DNA of 64,000 nucleotides from Phycisphaerae bacterium (lineage in GTDB: Bacteria; Planctomycetota; Phycisphaerae; Sedimentisphaerales; Anaerohalosphaeraceae): NCBI GenBank assembly GCA_014859965.1, contig JACZKQ010000030.1, positions 8,032-72,031 on the forward strand, in the 5' to 3' direction. The notes beneath the pieces are model-generated. The model was not told the DNA's origin, did no database searches, and worked only from the letters and a program-made list of their open reading frames with translations. Both the position numbers and the translations under genes were made by a program. Below are positions 1 to 10,591 of this stretch, in pieces; the first letter of the stretch is position 1; each line of letters opens with the position of its first letter.

Positions 1-704
1 CCCGGCACGCAGGCGGTTCCGCCCTGGCTCAGCGGGAAGAAGGCGTCGATAACGCGCTGGCCGGTGACGAGCACCTGGTCGGGGGCCAGACGGGTTTTCC
101 CGGGACGCGGGCGGCGTACGGGCCATTTCTGCATGAGTTTGAGGTCGGTGCGGCGGCCGTCTTCGGCGACTACGACGCCGATAACCTCATCGACGGTGTA
201 TTCGCCTTCTTTGAGGCCTTCGAGGGTCCCGCTGACGCGGGGCGGCACCATTATTTTCTGTGTGACGAGGGTGGTTTCGCGGACCTCGCCGAGGATGTCG
301 CCGCCGGAGACTTTCGTTCCGTTTTCAATTATGGGTTTGAAGGGCCACTTGATGTCTCTTCTGAGTCCGGGGATATCGCTGCCTCGGAGAATGTTGCTTC
401 CCTGGGCCTCGACGAGTGCATTGAGCGGCCTTTGGATGCCGTCGTAGATGCTGGAGATCAGCCCCGGGCCGAGTTCGACGCTGAGAGGGGCGCCGGTGTT
501 GACGACTTCTTCGCCCGGGCCGATACCGACGGTGTCTTCGTAGACCTGAATGCTCGCAAGGTCGCCATGCAGTTCCACGATTTCGCCGATCAGGTTTTCG
601 CTGCCGACACGCACGACGTCGTACATTCGCGCCCCGACCATATCTTTGGCCACGACCACGGGGCCGGCCACTTTGATGATCGTTCCTTTGCTCAATTCAC
701 TCAT
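1..704 (-). CDS. atpA: V-type ATP synthase catalytic subunit A, N-terminal ~234 aa (gene continues beyond window start)
   Basis: Absent from the ORF track because it runs off the edge. My reverse-complement translation from the ATG (comp. 702-704) gives [58 protein letters not shown]...[21 protein letters not shown], the conserved A-subunit N-terminus. It follows subunit F in the operon. Confidence 0.9.
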   Translation of the reverse strand, partial: MSELSKGTIIKVAGPVVVAKDMVGARMYDVVRVGSENLIGEIVELHGDLASIQVYEDTVGIGPGEEVVNTGAPLSVELGPGLISSIYDGIQRPLNALVEAQGSNILRGSDIPGLRRDIKWPFKPIIENGTKVSGGDILGEVRETTLVTQKIMVPPRVSGTLEGLKEGEYTVDEVIGVVVAEDGRRTDLKLMQKWPVRRPRPGKTRLAPDQVLVTGQRVIDAFFPLSQGGTACVP

Positions 705-779
705 TGCAGAAGACCTTCAATTCTAAACAGTTTACTCTCTATCCATCCCGGCGCGGCCGCTTGTGCCTGGTGCTTCAAG

Positions 780-1100
780 TCAGTTCGACAATATATTAAT
801 GCCGGTCGCCGTCTTCAGCAGTCTGCCGAGGGCCTTTGTGGCGTACCCTTCGCCACCGGTGGTAAACGGCACAATCACGACGCACGGGACGGCCTTTCTT
901 TGCGTGGCCTCGAAAACTTCCGTGGCCAGCATGGCGACGTTTTCGGCGACAACGACAAGGGCGTACTGCTTCCTGAGTATTTCACCGGCGGTCCTGATCA
1001 CGGTTTCGCTATCGAACTCGACGGTATACGTATCGAGCCCAAGCGCCGAAAACGGCATCACAAAATCCGCTCCGCCGAGTACCGCTACTTTGCCTTCCAT
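780..1100 (-). CDS. atpF: V-type ATP synthase subunit F
   Basis: 106-aa ORF (MEGKVAVLGGADFVMPFSALGLD...) with the size and sequence typical of V/A-ATPase subunit F. It sits between subunits C and A. Confidence 0.85.
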   Translation of the reverse strand: MEGKVAVLGGADFVMPFSALGLDTYTVEFDSETVIRTAGEILRKQYALVVVAENVAMLATEVFEATQRKAVPCVVIVPFTTGGEGYATKALGRLLKTATGINILSN

Positions 1101-1170
1101 AAGAACCTCTCATATCATGGGCGTCGGCCTGCCCACGCGGCCGTCTTCTCGACGGCCGTCCTCGTTGTCA

Positions 1171-2199
1171 TTACTCGCCGAGGCGGTCGAGGATCAGCCT
1201 CGTATCCAGCCCATTCTTCTTACATGTCAGGACCATCCTGACCGACCGGATTTCGTGTTCCTTCATGATAAGGTACGCAATGATCGGCTGCGGTCCGGCC
1301 GCCAGAGAACGCGTGGTCCGCAGAAAACCCATTACGTGCTCCTCGCACAATCGTTCCAGACGCAGAAAGGACTGCTCGCTGGTAATATAGGCGACGCCGC
1401 CTTCGATCACGTCGTGGTAAGGGGTGGCGTAGAAGAGGGTCGCCAGCGCTTCGTAACCGACATCAAGCCCATGTACAAAACGCTCGCAGTCGACGTAGCC
1501 GCCCGCCAGGAAGAAATCCTTGTCGAGGCGGTCGGCCATTTTGAGTCGCAGCATCGTTCGTATGTTGGTCAGATCGATTTGTGTCCTGAACAGTGACAGC
1601 AGAAAGACGCTGCCCTTTTCGGAGGCTTTTTCGACTTTGTATTTCGCATAATATTTGTCGATGGCGTAGTCGATCTGTCGCACATCTTTTTCGGCGTAAT
1701 ACGCCAGAACGCCTTCTTCGACGGCTTCCTGCAGGTAATACGGGAAAAGGCTGTAGTTTTCCTGCTTGAAGATTTCCTCGAATTGCGCCGCGGGCACGCT
1801 TCCGAAATCGCTGTAGTCCAGCCCCACGGGTCTGTCGGTGACGACGCGGCGGATCGCCAGCCGCATATTGGCGAAATCGTGACGGGCGCGCAGCAGTTCG
1901 ACAAGATCTTTATCGATCATAAGATCGACAAAGAGGTTGCGGACGGCGGCCCGTTTGGCCAAAAGCACGTTCTCGACGTCGCCGAGAGTCGCGGCCGTTT
2001 GCATCTCCGCGTAATCCTCGCCGCCGAGGAGGTCCAGCGCCGCCGTGAAGTCCTCGGCGTTCGCCATGTCGACTAACGTACCGCGCGACAGCATCGTCGT
2101 TTCCAGCGAGCGCACCTTGGCGGTTTGAAAGGCGTACTGCCAATCCTCCTCCCCGATGGGCGGATACCGATAAAAATCTATTACAGCAGCATGTTCCAT
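1171..2199 (-). CDS. atpC: V-type ATP synthase subunit C (eukaryotic d-like, AC39 family)
   Basis: 342-aa ORF of the expected size, positioned between E and F as in ntp/atp V-type operons. Confidence 0.85.
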   Translation of the reverse strand: MEHAAVIDFYRYPPIGEEDWQYAFQTAKVRSLETTMLSRGTLVDMANAEDFTAALDLLGGEDYAEMQTAATLGDVENVLLAKRAAVRNLFVDLMIDKDLVELLRARHDFANMRLAIRRVVTDRPVGLDYSDFGSVPAAQFEEIFKQENYSLFPYYLQEAVEEGVLAYYAEKDVRQIDYAIDKYYAKYKVEKASEKGSVFLLSLFRTQIDLTNIRTMLRLKMADRLDKDFFLAGGYVDCERFVHGLDVGYEALATLFYATPYHDVIEGGVAYITSEQSFLRLERLCEEHVMGFLRTTRSLAAGPQPIIAYLIMKEHEIRSVRMVLTCKKNGLDTRLILDRLGE

Positions 2200-2232
2200 A
2201 GAACTTTCGCTTTTTTCAAAACGTCGTTCGGG

Positions 2233-2826
2233 CTATTCGCCGAACAAGTCGTTCGTCAGTTCCATCTCCAGTTGTTCACGGGCCTGATCAATCAGCACCT
2301 CGATGCTGGCGTTGATCTGAACTTTACCTCTTCGCAGGATGAAGCCGCCGCTGATATCGGCCCGGTCGCGGGCCAGGCGGAGATTTCCACGGTAGCCCGG
2401 TCCCAGCAGGCGGTTGACGTCCTTAACCAGCTTGTCGGTAATCCGGTTTTCGCGGGGGCCAATGACGACTTCCTCATCGCCGGTCTCGGCGGCCTTGACC
2501 ATCAGACCGCTAATCAACTTCTGGTATGCTTCGTCCGGCAATTCGGCGACACGCTTTGCGGCAGTCGCCAGCACATTGTCCAGCAGTGTGCGTTTAACGG
2601 CGAGCATTTCCTTTCGGATTTCCATTCGCGTGCCCGCCAGGGTGCGTGCTATCTTGTCCCGGGCGGCTTCGGCGGCAAGCGTCTGCGTCTCACCGGCATA
2701 GGCTTCGAGGTCCTTTTGAAGTTTGGCGTCGATTTCCGCACAGCGCTGATCGGCGGCGGCGTTAATCCCGTCGGCCTCGGCCTGTGCATCGGCGAGTATC
2801 TTTTGTACTACCTGTTCGGCATTCAT
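2233..2826 (-). CDS. atpE: V-type ATP synthase subunit E (peripheral stalk)
   Basis: 197-aa ORF with an Ala/Glu/Lys-rich coiled-coil N-terminus (ILADAQAEADGINAAADQRCAEIDAKLQKDLEA). Operon position fits. Confidence 0.85.
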   Translation of the reverse strand: MNAEQVVQKILADAQAEADGINAAADQRCAEIDAKLQKDLEAYAGETQTLAAEAARDKIARTLAGTRMEIRKEMLAVKRTLLDNVLATAAKRVAELPDEAYQKLISGLMVKAAETGDEEVVIGPRENRITDKLVKDVNRLLGPGYRGNLRLARDRADISGGFILRRGKVQINASIEVLIDQAREQLEMELTNDLFGE

Positions 2827-2880
2827 ACCTGTCCTGTCCGCTGAAAGATCGTTACCATTGTACTGTCGGCGCCCATCTTA

Positions 2881-3420
<540 letters not shown>

Positions 3421-3445
3421 TTAACCGTTATATTACTGTTTCCCG

Positions 3446-5449
3446 TCATCTGTTCGCGGAAGGCTTTTGGCCATCGACTACCAGCACATGCTGGTAATCG
3501 TTCCGCAGGGGCTTGAACTCTCGCCCGCCGCCTGCAAAGAACTTCGGAAAGAACTCGACAAACTGAAGCCGCAGGCTGTGCACAAATGCACTGAGCAGCG
3601 AAAGGGCGATATTCACCATATGCCCGCCCACGAAGAGCAGCAATCCGAGGATAAACCCGACGTACGGAATATCCATTAAAAGCGCGGTGAGAATGTTGAT
3701 TGCCATGCCGAGGCCGGCAGTGACCATGCCCAAGGCCATGATGCGAACATAGCTGAGCATGTCGCCCAGATAGAAGACGGTGCTGAACACCGCAAAACTG
3801 CCGCCCCCGATGCGTCCGGCCAGGCCGCTGTGGCGCTCTGTAAACCAGAAGATTAGAACCACCTGGATGGTGGCGACGATACCGAATACCGGCGCCAGCG
3901 CGGCGGGCAGTATGCCGTTCTTGGCCAGTGCAAACAGCAGCAGGCAGTTCAACAGGATCAGCCAGGTGAGCTTTTCAAAGACCGCCGCGGCATAGTTCTT
4001 CTGCCGCAGGAGGTTGACGAAGGCAATCCCCAGCCCAAAAAGCACCTGGGTGTAGCCCAGCGCCAGCGAGATGCCGATAAAGACGAGCGGCTGTTCCATG
4101 GGGTCAAACAGCATCAGTTTGTGCCGCCAGCCATCCAAAATCGCACCGATTGAACCTTCGGTCTGCGGCAGGAGCGTCTGGATCGTGTCGGCGAACCAGC
4201 CGCCGGTGATTGCTCCTGCGATGATCGTCATGACCGAACAGACCACCAGCATCCAGAGCGCCTTCTTGTCTCCCTGGACCTTTTTCAGCATCCAGGCCAG
4301 CAGCACCACCAGCACGATGCCGTATCCGGCGTCCGTCAGGCACAGCCCGAAGAACAGGGCGAAAAACGGGGCCAGGAAAGCCGTGGGATCAACATCAGTG
4401 GTCGCGGGCGTACCATAAAGCCGCGTTATCGTTTCGAACGGCGCGACGGCAGCCCCGTTTTCGATCTCCACTGGCGGCAATTCACCTTCGGCGAGTTTGA
4501 TTTCGCTGAGATCGCTTGCCGGGAATCCGGCAATAAGGTGCTTCAGTCCTTTTAGATCTTTCCTCTTGACCCAGCCCTCAAGCAGAACGACATTTTCGGT
4601 GGTCGGCGAGTTGGTCCGGGTGACTTCCCGGTTCAAGAGGTTCTGGTAGTGGTCGTGCAGTATCTGAAGTGTAAGGCGTTTCTTGGCCATTTCGGCGGCC
4701 TGCTTGCCGGCTTCGGCGCGGGCCTGCTCGATTTCGGCGATCTTCTCACGGCACGCCGCGATGAGATCGGTGACTCGGCCGGTCATACACTCAAAGTTCA
4801 CAGCCTCGAAGTCACTGCTTCGCAGCACCTTCTGCACGTCGCCGGCGACATCGCGCAGGCAGGCGACGATGCAGGCGTGCATGTTGCCTGCGGTGCCGAT
4901 CTGCTGAGTCGCCGCGCCCAGTTTGGCGAGCGTCTCTTTTGTTTCATCGAAGTGTTGATGCGGCAGCAGCCCTGCGAAAGCGGACGCGCTGGTCAGTTGG
5001 CGGAAGGCTTCGACGGGCGTTTCCATGGTGCTCCACGGTAGCAGGCAGTCGAGCCGGCCGGCCGCATTCTCAGCATCAGTAGCCAGGTGCTCCAGTCGAA
5101 GTTCGAGGGCCTCGGCCCTTTCGAGCAGGTCCAGAGCCTCTTTGCCGCCGACGACCTCGGCGTACTTGTTCTTTTCAACGGTCACGCGGGGGCTGAACAT
5201 GCTCGTCCCGGCCTCTTCGCCGACGTGGCCTTTCAGGAATGAGACCGCCTCTTTAAGGCGAGAGACCATCTCCTCCAGATCCCTCGGGCGTCTGGCCTCA
5301 ACCTGTAATTCGGGCCATTCTTTGGTGACCATGGCCTTTTCGGCATCCAGGACCTGCACGACCCCCGCCTGCTGCAGCGCCTCAAGGACGTCCACCGCTT
5401 CGCTTCGGTGGGTCACGATCATAATTTTTGTCATTTGGGCGATCGCCAT
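3446..5449 (-). CDS. atpI: V-type ATP synthase subunit I (a-subunit, stator/ion channel)
   Basis: 667-aa ORF with a soluble N-terminal half and a polytopic C-terminal half (...SYVRIMALGMVTAGL...LRLQFVEFF). Operon position fits. Confidence 0.9.
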   Translation of the reverse strand: MAIAQMTKIMIVTHRSEAVDVLEALQQAGVVQVLDAEKAMVTKEWPELQVEARRPRDLEEMVSRLKEAVSFLKGHVGEEAGTSMFSPRVTVEKNKYAEVVGGKEALDLLERAEALELRLEHLATDAENAAGRLDCLLPWSTMETPVEAFRQLTSASAFAGLLPHQHFDETKETLAKLGAATQQIGTAGNMHACIVACLRDVAGDVQKVLRSSDFEAVNFECMTGRVTDLIAACREKIAEIEQARAEAGKQAAEMAKKRLTLQILHDHYQNLLNREVTRTNSPTTENVVLLEGWVKRKDLKGLKHLIAGFPASDLSEIKLAEGELPPVEIENGAAVAPFETITRLYGTPATTDVDPTAFLAPFFALFFGLCLTDAGYGIVLVVLLAWMLKKVQGDKKALWMLVVCSVMTIIAGAITGGWFADTIQTLLPQTEGSIGAILDGWRHKLMLFDPMEQPLVFIGISLALGYTQVLFGLGIAFVNLLRQKNYAAAVFEKLTWLILLNCLLLFALAKNGILPAALAPVFGIVATIQVVLIFWFTERHSGLAGRIGGGSFAVFSTVFYLGDMLSYVRIMALGMVTAGLGMAINILTALLMDIPYVGFILGLLLFVGGHMVNIALSLLSAFVHSLRLQFVEFFPKFFAGGGREFKPLRNDYQHVLVVDGQKPSANR

Positions 5450-5530
5450 GTCTATTCCTGCAAATCACACCATCGCAAAACAATCCGGTCACCCGGCCTT
5501 CAGTTTGTAACCCCTTGTATTTCCGCCAGA

Positions 5531-5839
5531 TTAGATTTGCTTGAGAAACTCCATTACCCGCTTTACAGATCGGTCCGTGCGGTCGGCGACTCTGGCTTGC
5601 AGTTCCTCTCTTTGGCGAGCGGCGTCCTTCCTGAGCGCGTCGGCCTGTGCCTGTGCCTGTTGTTGGGCTTCGGTAACGGCCCGATCGATAGCGTGCCTTC
5701 TCGCGGTGCATGCCGCGGCTGTTGCCTGCTCAGCTCCTTGACGGGCCTGTTCAATGCGTTTGGCCGCGTCGGATTTGGCCTGCTCGACCATCTGACTTGA
5801 CTTTTTTTCCGCCTCTTTGAGTTCTTTGATGAGTTCCAT
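5531..5839 (-). CDS. V-type ATPase small stalk subunit (G/H-like)
   Basis: 102-aa fully coiled-coil Ala/Gln/Glu/Lys/Arg-rich ORF. It is the first gene of the operon, as NtpF and Thermus AtpG are. Confidence 0.6.
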   Translation of the reverse strand: MELIKELKEAEKKSSQMVEQAKSDAAKRIEQARQGAEQATAAACTARRHAIDRAVTEAQQQAQAQADALRKDAARQREELQARVADRTDRSVKRVMEFLKQI

Positions 5840-6045
5840 ATGGCGATCCTGCTTTCCGGATTTAACAAAACACCCCGGTTTGTTGCCGGGGTGACTCCCT
5901 TACAACTGTGCTGTGCCTCCTTGCCAGCAGAATGTTTGCGAACAGAAAATAATAGTGATTTTCCCCAGCAAAGCCAGCAAATTCCTAAAAAAAACGCACT
6001 TGTCCACTGCTGCACGCGACGTGTCCACTGGTACGCCGGATTCGC

Positions 6046-6735
6046 TTATTTGTGCGGCTCAGTGAGACTCCGTAACTCCATGGCGGCCATGACGAGATCG
6101 CTGGCCTGATCGATATCGAATAGCGAATTGTCAATTGTGAGATTAAACGCCGGTTCTCGGGGGTTTTTCTCTTTGTAGCTCTTGTGCAGGTATCTTCGCT
6201 GCTTTGCCACCTCATCGACTCGTGCGACTGCGGCCTCCTTCTTCAGTTTTTCGCGAACGCTGATTCGGGTAACACGCCAATCCCGAGGGGCTTCAATGCG
6301 AATGCGGAGTCCGTTATCCAGGTCCGCGGTGGCAGACGTTCCTCCCTGACCGATGATGATGGCGTGGCCTTCAAAGGCTATGGCGCGCGCCATCAAGGAG
6401 ATTTTATTGCGAATTTCGTAGCCGTCGGGCATACCATTTCTACGCACCCCGCGAAAAAGATCGCGCAACAGGCTTGGTTTTGTGAGTTTTTCCCGCTCAA
6501 TTAATTCTTCGCTGAGTCCGGTATCGTCAGCCAGTTGGCTGATGATTTCTCTTTTGTAGAGTTTCCAAACCCCCTCACCCTCCTGTTCGTCGAGCTTCTG
6601 GAGCAAAAGGTCTCCCAGTTCGAACCCATCGCAGCCATACTGGCAAGAGATCGTGACAAATGGTCCGGGTTCGCCTTTTCTTTCAAGGCCCTCCAGGTTT
6701 TCGCGTATGTAGGATGAAATTGTCGGCTTGGCCAT
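6046..6735 (-). CDS. Cytidylate kinase-like family protein (P-loop NTPase-like)
   Basis: 229-aa ORF. The N-terminal FVTISCQYGCDGFELG and later IIGQGG pattern is typical of the Cytidylate_kin2 family. Confidence 0.6.
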   Translation of the reverse strand: MAKPTISSYIRENLEGLERKGEPGPFVTISCQYGCDGFELGDLLLQKLDEQEGEGVWKLYKREIISQLADDTGLSEELIEREKLTKPSLLRDLFRGVRRNGMPDGYEIRNKISLMARAIAFEGHAIIIGQGGTSATADLDNGLRIRIEAPRDWRVTRISVREKLKKEAAVARVDEVAKQRRYLHKSYKEKNPREPAFNLTIDNSLFDIDQASDLVMAAMELRSLTEPHK

Positions 6736-6910
6736 GGTTTTCCTTTCGCAATAAGCGATCCATCACCCCCGCTTATCCTTGGAGGCCACTTTACCAGCAA
6801 TCTATGCAAAGTCAACGGTTTCTATCGGCAGAAAAGCAGTTGAAAGTAAAGCGATTCAACAGGTCGGATGTTTGCTGCCGCCATAAGTTAAGCCTGCTCG
6901 CGCTCGCCGT

Positions 6911-7867
6911 TCAGCCTGGTTTTCGAGCGGTTATCCATCCCGCGCCCACGTTTTCATCATTGGCAACGAGCTTTGCCTGCACGAAGCCGGCTTGTTCGAT
7001 GAGCCGTGTCAGCTCTCTTGCGGAATACGCACCGACCATGATGTTAAAGAGGGCGGCAGTAAGCGGTCCTGTCTTGTCGTCATTGAGCAGGAACTCCTGA
7101 ATAATGAGCAGGCCGCCCGGAATCAGGGCTTCGAATGCCTTTTGCAGCTTCATGGGGGCCATGCTTTCCGGACCGTGCATGATGTTGGACATAAGAACGG
7201 CGTCGAAGCCTTGCCCAAACGCATCCTTTTCCCAGTCGCCTTCACAGAAGCTGATGCGAGCAGAAAGGCCTGCCTTTTCCACAACCTGGCGGGCAATGGC
7301 GATTGTTTCGGGCAGGTCAAAGACGACGGCTTCGAGTTGGGGCTGGCTTGTGCAGGCAAGTATGGCATAGGTTCCGGGGCCGCCGCCCACGTCCAGCAGC
7401 CGCTTTGTGGCTGCCAGATCGATGCTTTCCTCGAAAATCCGCCCTCGGCCGCCCATCGTGATATTGTGCATGCCCATGATGAAGCTGCGATGAACCGCGG
7501 CCGGGTCGACCTGCGGCGGTTCGAGGCATATTTCCTCCTCCAAGTGGTCCCAGAAGCCCCTTACGGCATCGCTATGGGCGATTATGTCGCCCTGGTAACG
7601 ATCTGCGCCCTTCACCAGATAGTCGCGAGCCCGTTTGGTAGTCCGGTAGAACCCACCGTCTCGTTCGACAAGGCCGAGGGCTGCACATGCAATCAGCAGT
7701 TTCTCGGTCATTGCAGGCCGTGTCCGGCACGCATCGCACAACTGCTCCAGCGAAAGACTTTTGTCGCCAATCCGCGTGAACAAATCGATTTTGTTGGCGA
7801 CCTGCAGGGTTCGGGCGGCCCGATATCCCCATGTGAACTCGTTTAAGGCGACGAAATCTTCGTTCAT
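6911..7867 (-). CDS. Class I SAM-dependent O-methyltransferase (family 2, with N-terminal dimerisation/wHTH domain)
   Basis: 318-aa ORF with the SAM motif LLDVGGGPGTYAI and FDLPE...GDW...DAVLMSNIMH, as in Methyltransf_2. Confidence 0.8.
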   Translation of the reverse strand: MNEDFVALNEFTWGYRAARTLQVANKIDLFTRIGDKSLSLEQLCDACRTRPAMTEKLLIACAALGLVERDGGFYRTTKRARDYLVKGADRYQGDIIAHSDAVRGFWDHLEEEICLEPPQVDPAAVHRSFIMGMHNITMGGRGRIFEESIDLAATKRLLDVGGGPGTYAILACTSQPQLEAVVFDLPETIAIARQVVEKAGLSARISFCEGDWEKDAFGQGFDAVLMSNIMHGPESMAPMKLQKAFEALIPGGLLIIQEFLLNDDKTGPLTAALFNIMVGAYSARELTRLIEQAGFVQAKLVANDENVGAGWITARKPG

Positions 7868-7911
7868 AGTACTCCCGCAGCATTCAATTCAGCATCATTA
7901 TTATCGACCAA

Positions 7912-8403
7912 TCAGAGCGGGTCCGCCATCCTGTGGTATCTTTCGATCGCCATATTCGCCACTTCCCGGTGGTCAAAGGCCATCTCGGGCAGTGCGGCGA
8001 TGTCGAACCATGCGGCGTCGGCGGCATCGTCGCCGAAGTTGAGTTCCATGTTGTCGGGATCGGTAACACCGATGAAGGCAACCGTGATTAATCGCCCCCG
8101 CGGGTCGCGGCCGATTCCGCCGAAGGTATGCATCTGCCGCAGTGTGACGCCTGCCAGGCCGGTTTCCTCTCGCAATTCTCTGGCGACGGCATCCTCCAGT
8201 TCTTCGTCCATTTCGATGAAGCCGCCGGGAAAGGCCCATTTGTCTTTGAACGGCTCACATCCGCGCTTGATCAGCAGTACTTGCACCGTTGCGGTGCGGG
8301 CAAAGATGATGGCGTCGACGGTGACCATGGGCCTGGGCCATTCATAAACATATCTGCCGTGCTCCGCCATGATTTGCCTCCTGAAAGATTCCACTAATGG
8401 CAA
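7912..8403 (-). CDS. NUDIX hydrolase
   Basis: 163-aa ORF with the Nudix box FPGGFIEMDEELEDAVARELREETGL. Confidence 0.9.
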   Translation of the reverse strand: MPLVESFRRQIMAEHGRYVYEWPRPMVTVDAIIFARTATVQVLLIKRGCEPFKDKWAFPGGFIEMDEELEDAVARELREETGLAGVTLRQMHTFGGIGRDPRGRLITVAFIGVTDPDNMELNFGDDAADAAWFDIAALPEMAFDHREVANMAIERYHRMADPL

Positions 8404-8480
8404 CGTATTATAATCGCAAATTTTGTGACGAAAAGGGTTTTAGTTGCTGAAAACCACATTGCGCGATAGAATCGGCGCGC

Positions 8481-9395
8481 ATGACGAAGGTAAACACAAG
8501 TGCCAAAGATCCAATCGCAAGCACCCGGCTGACCCTGAAGGACGGGTGGCGGGCGCTGGTGGCTTTGCGTGATCCAAAGGGTAATGTGCTGTCGCCCTCT
8601 GACTGGGAAAAGCTGCTTGCCGATCCGCGCTGGCTTCTGGATGGTGACGGCCGGCGTCTGAAGTCTGACGAATGTGGTTCGGTGCGCGTTCGCACGATTC
8701 GTGTTGGTGCGCGTGATCTGTGCGTGGTTGTCAAGGTGCAGAAGCAGGCGTCGCGGTTCAAGGGGTTTTTTCGCAACCTGCGTTCGGCGAGAGCGGTCCG
8801 TACTTTTCGAACCGCTGTGAAGCTGCAAGCGATGGGTGTTGCGTCGGAGTATCCGCTGGCGGCCTTGGAGCAGCGAAAGGGCTTATGGTCGACTAAAAAC
8901 ATATATATAAGTAACTATATCGAAAGTCGGAATCTCTACTATTTCCTCCGCGAGGACCTGGCGACGTTCGGTCACCGCGAGCCGGCATGCCGCCGGACGG
9001 TCGCCCGCCAGATTGCGGAGATTTTTGCAGGATTGCACAATGGCGGATTGTGGCACCGTGACGCGAAAGCGGGCAATTTTGTCGTCCAGGTAAGCGGAAA
9101 TCTTTGCAAGGTAATGCTTGTCGACCTGGACGGGATCAAACCGTATCGGCTGTGTCGGCGTCGAAACCGGTTTCGCTCGCTGGCTAAGCTGGCCTCGACC
9201 GTCCTGTGTCACCGAAGCATTCACAGCAGTGACTACCGGCGCACCTTTTCGACGTATTGTGAATTTACCGACCTGCGGGAGGACTGTCGAAAGACCTATC
9301 GCGAGCTGGCGACGCGGGCCGTTGCGGTCCGGCTGCTTTCTATGGCGACTTCAGCAATGGAAGGACGCGGCATTTTTGTCGATGCGAATGGCTGA
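8481..9395 (+). CDS. Lipopolysaccharide kinase (Kdo/WaaP) family protein
   Basis: 304-aa ORF with the catalytic-loop-like LHNGGLWHRDAKAGNFVV and MLVDLDG. It is adjacent to, and overlaps, a GT9 heptosyltransferase gene. Confidence 0.75.
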   Translation: MTKVNTSAKDPIASTRLTLKDGWRALVALRDPKGNVLSPSDWEKLLADPRWLLDGDGRRLKSDECGSVRVRTIRVGARDLCVVVKVQKQASRFKGFFRNLRSARAVRTFRTAVKLQAMGVASEYPLAALEQRKGLWSTKNIYISNYIESRNLYYFLREDLATFGHREPACRRTVARQIAEIFAGLHNGGLWHRDAKAGNFVVQVSGNLCKVMLVDLDGIKPYRLCRRRNRFRSLAKLASTVLCHRSIHSSDYRRTFSTYCEFTDLREDCRKTYRELATRAVAVRLLSMATSAMEGRGIFVDANG

Positions 9396-10461
9396 CGTGA
9401 ACGCACAACCCAGGCATATTCTGATCATCAAGCCGTCGGCACTCGGTGACATCGCGTTGGCGCTGCCGGCGCTGTCGTCGCTGCGGGCGAGTTTTCCTCA
9501 GGCGCGCATCACATGGCTTGTGCGCGATGAATTCGCGCCGCTGCTGGAGGGCGCCAAGGATGTCGATGACGTGCTGCTGTTTGATCGCAAGGGCCTCGGC
9601 AAGTGGTGGCGGCACCCCAAGGCATTTGTTTCGCTGTTGCGTTTCTTCGGCGATCTTCGCAAGGGGCGTTTTGATCTTGTGGTGGATCTGCAGGGGCTGT
9701 TTCGGACGGCTTTTTTCGGGTGGGTCACGCGTTCAAGGCGACGCATCGGGATGAAGGATTCGCGGGAGTTAGCGGGCCTGTTCTATACTAATCAGGTCGG
9801 ACAGAACGATGGCAACGCGCATGTGATCGATTACTACCACAAAGTGGTTGCGGCGGCGGGCTGCAGCACGATAGTCGACAAATGCAACTTTGCGGCATCC
9901 CCCGGTTGGCTCGCAAGGGCGCGGCAGTTGCTTGCAGAGCAGGGTGAGGGCGACTATGTTGTTTTTGTGACGGGTTCGGCGCACCCGGCCAAGTGCTGGC
10001 CAATCGAACGATTTGCGGCATTGGCCGACCGAATCGATACGGCATTCGGTTTGCCCGTGGTGGCGGTTGGGGGGCGGGGTGAGAAAGAAACAGTGGAAAA
10101 ATTGCGCGGGCTGTCGCGGGCGCGGGTTCTGGATCTGGCGGGGCGGACGGACATCGGAGCGCTTGCAGGTGTCTTAAGCGGGGCGAGGCTTGTGGTGAGC
10201 AACGATACGGGGCCCGGGCACATTGCAGTGGCGCTGGGGGCGCCGGTGATCATCATCTTCGGCAGGACGAATCCGATGCGGATAGCGCCTTACAAGAAAG
10301 AGCACAGTTTCGTTGCGGTCGACCCGGAGGGTCGCGGCAGGGCAATCGCAAGCGACGACCCACGACACCGGATTGAGGAGATAAGTGTCGACAGCGTCTT
10401 TGCGGAGGCCGCCTACCATCTTGCAGGAACTTGTGACGCGCAGCCTGCGGGCCCCCGCTGA
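9382..10461 (+). CDS. Glycosyltransferase family 9 (LPS heptosyltransferase-like)
   Basis: The sequence from MRMADVNAQPRHILIIKPSALGDIALALPAL... is the typical GT9 N-terminus; a later SNDTGPGHIAVALGAPV motif is present. The start was trimmed from the 447-aa track ORF, and ATG 9382 or 9388 overlaps the upstream stop. Confidence 0.8.
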   Translation: MRMADVNAQPRHILIIKPSALGDIALALPALSSLRASFPQARITWLVRDEFAPLLEGAKDVDDVLLFDRKGLGKWWRHPKAFVSLLRFFGDLRKGRFDLVVDLQGLFRTAFFGWVTRSRRRIGMKDSRELAGLFYTNQVGQNDGNAHVIDYYHKVVAAAGCSTIVDKCNFAASPGWLARARQLLAEQGEGDYVVFVTGSAHPAKCWPIERFAALADRIDTAFGLPVVAVGGRGEKETVEKLRGLSRARVLDLAGRTDIGALAGVLSGARLVVSNDTGPGHIAVALGAPVIIIFGRTNPMRIAPYKKEHSFVAVDPEGRGRAIASDDPRHRIEEISVDSVFAEAAYHLAGTCDAQPAGPR

Positions 10462-10591
10462 GGGAAGCCCCGGCATACAAGACTAACGACCACGGGCGGT
10501 GATCACCGACAGGATCGCCGCTGCCGCCATCGCATTTTCACCCCGTCCGGTCACGGGCCGAATGCCCGTGACATGAACATCTGCCGCACAG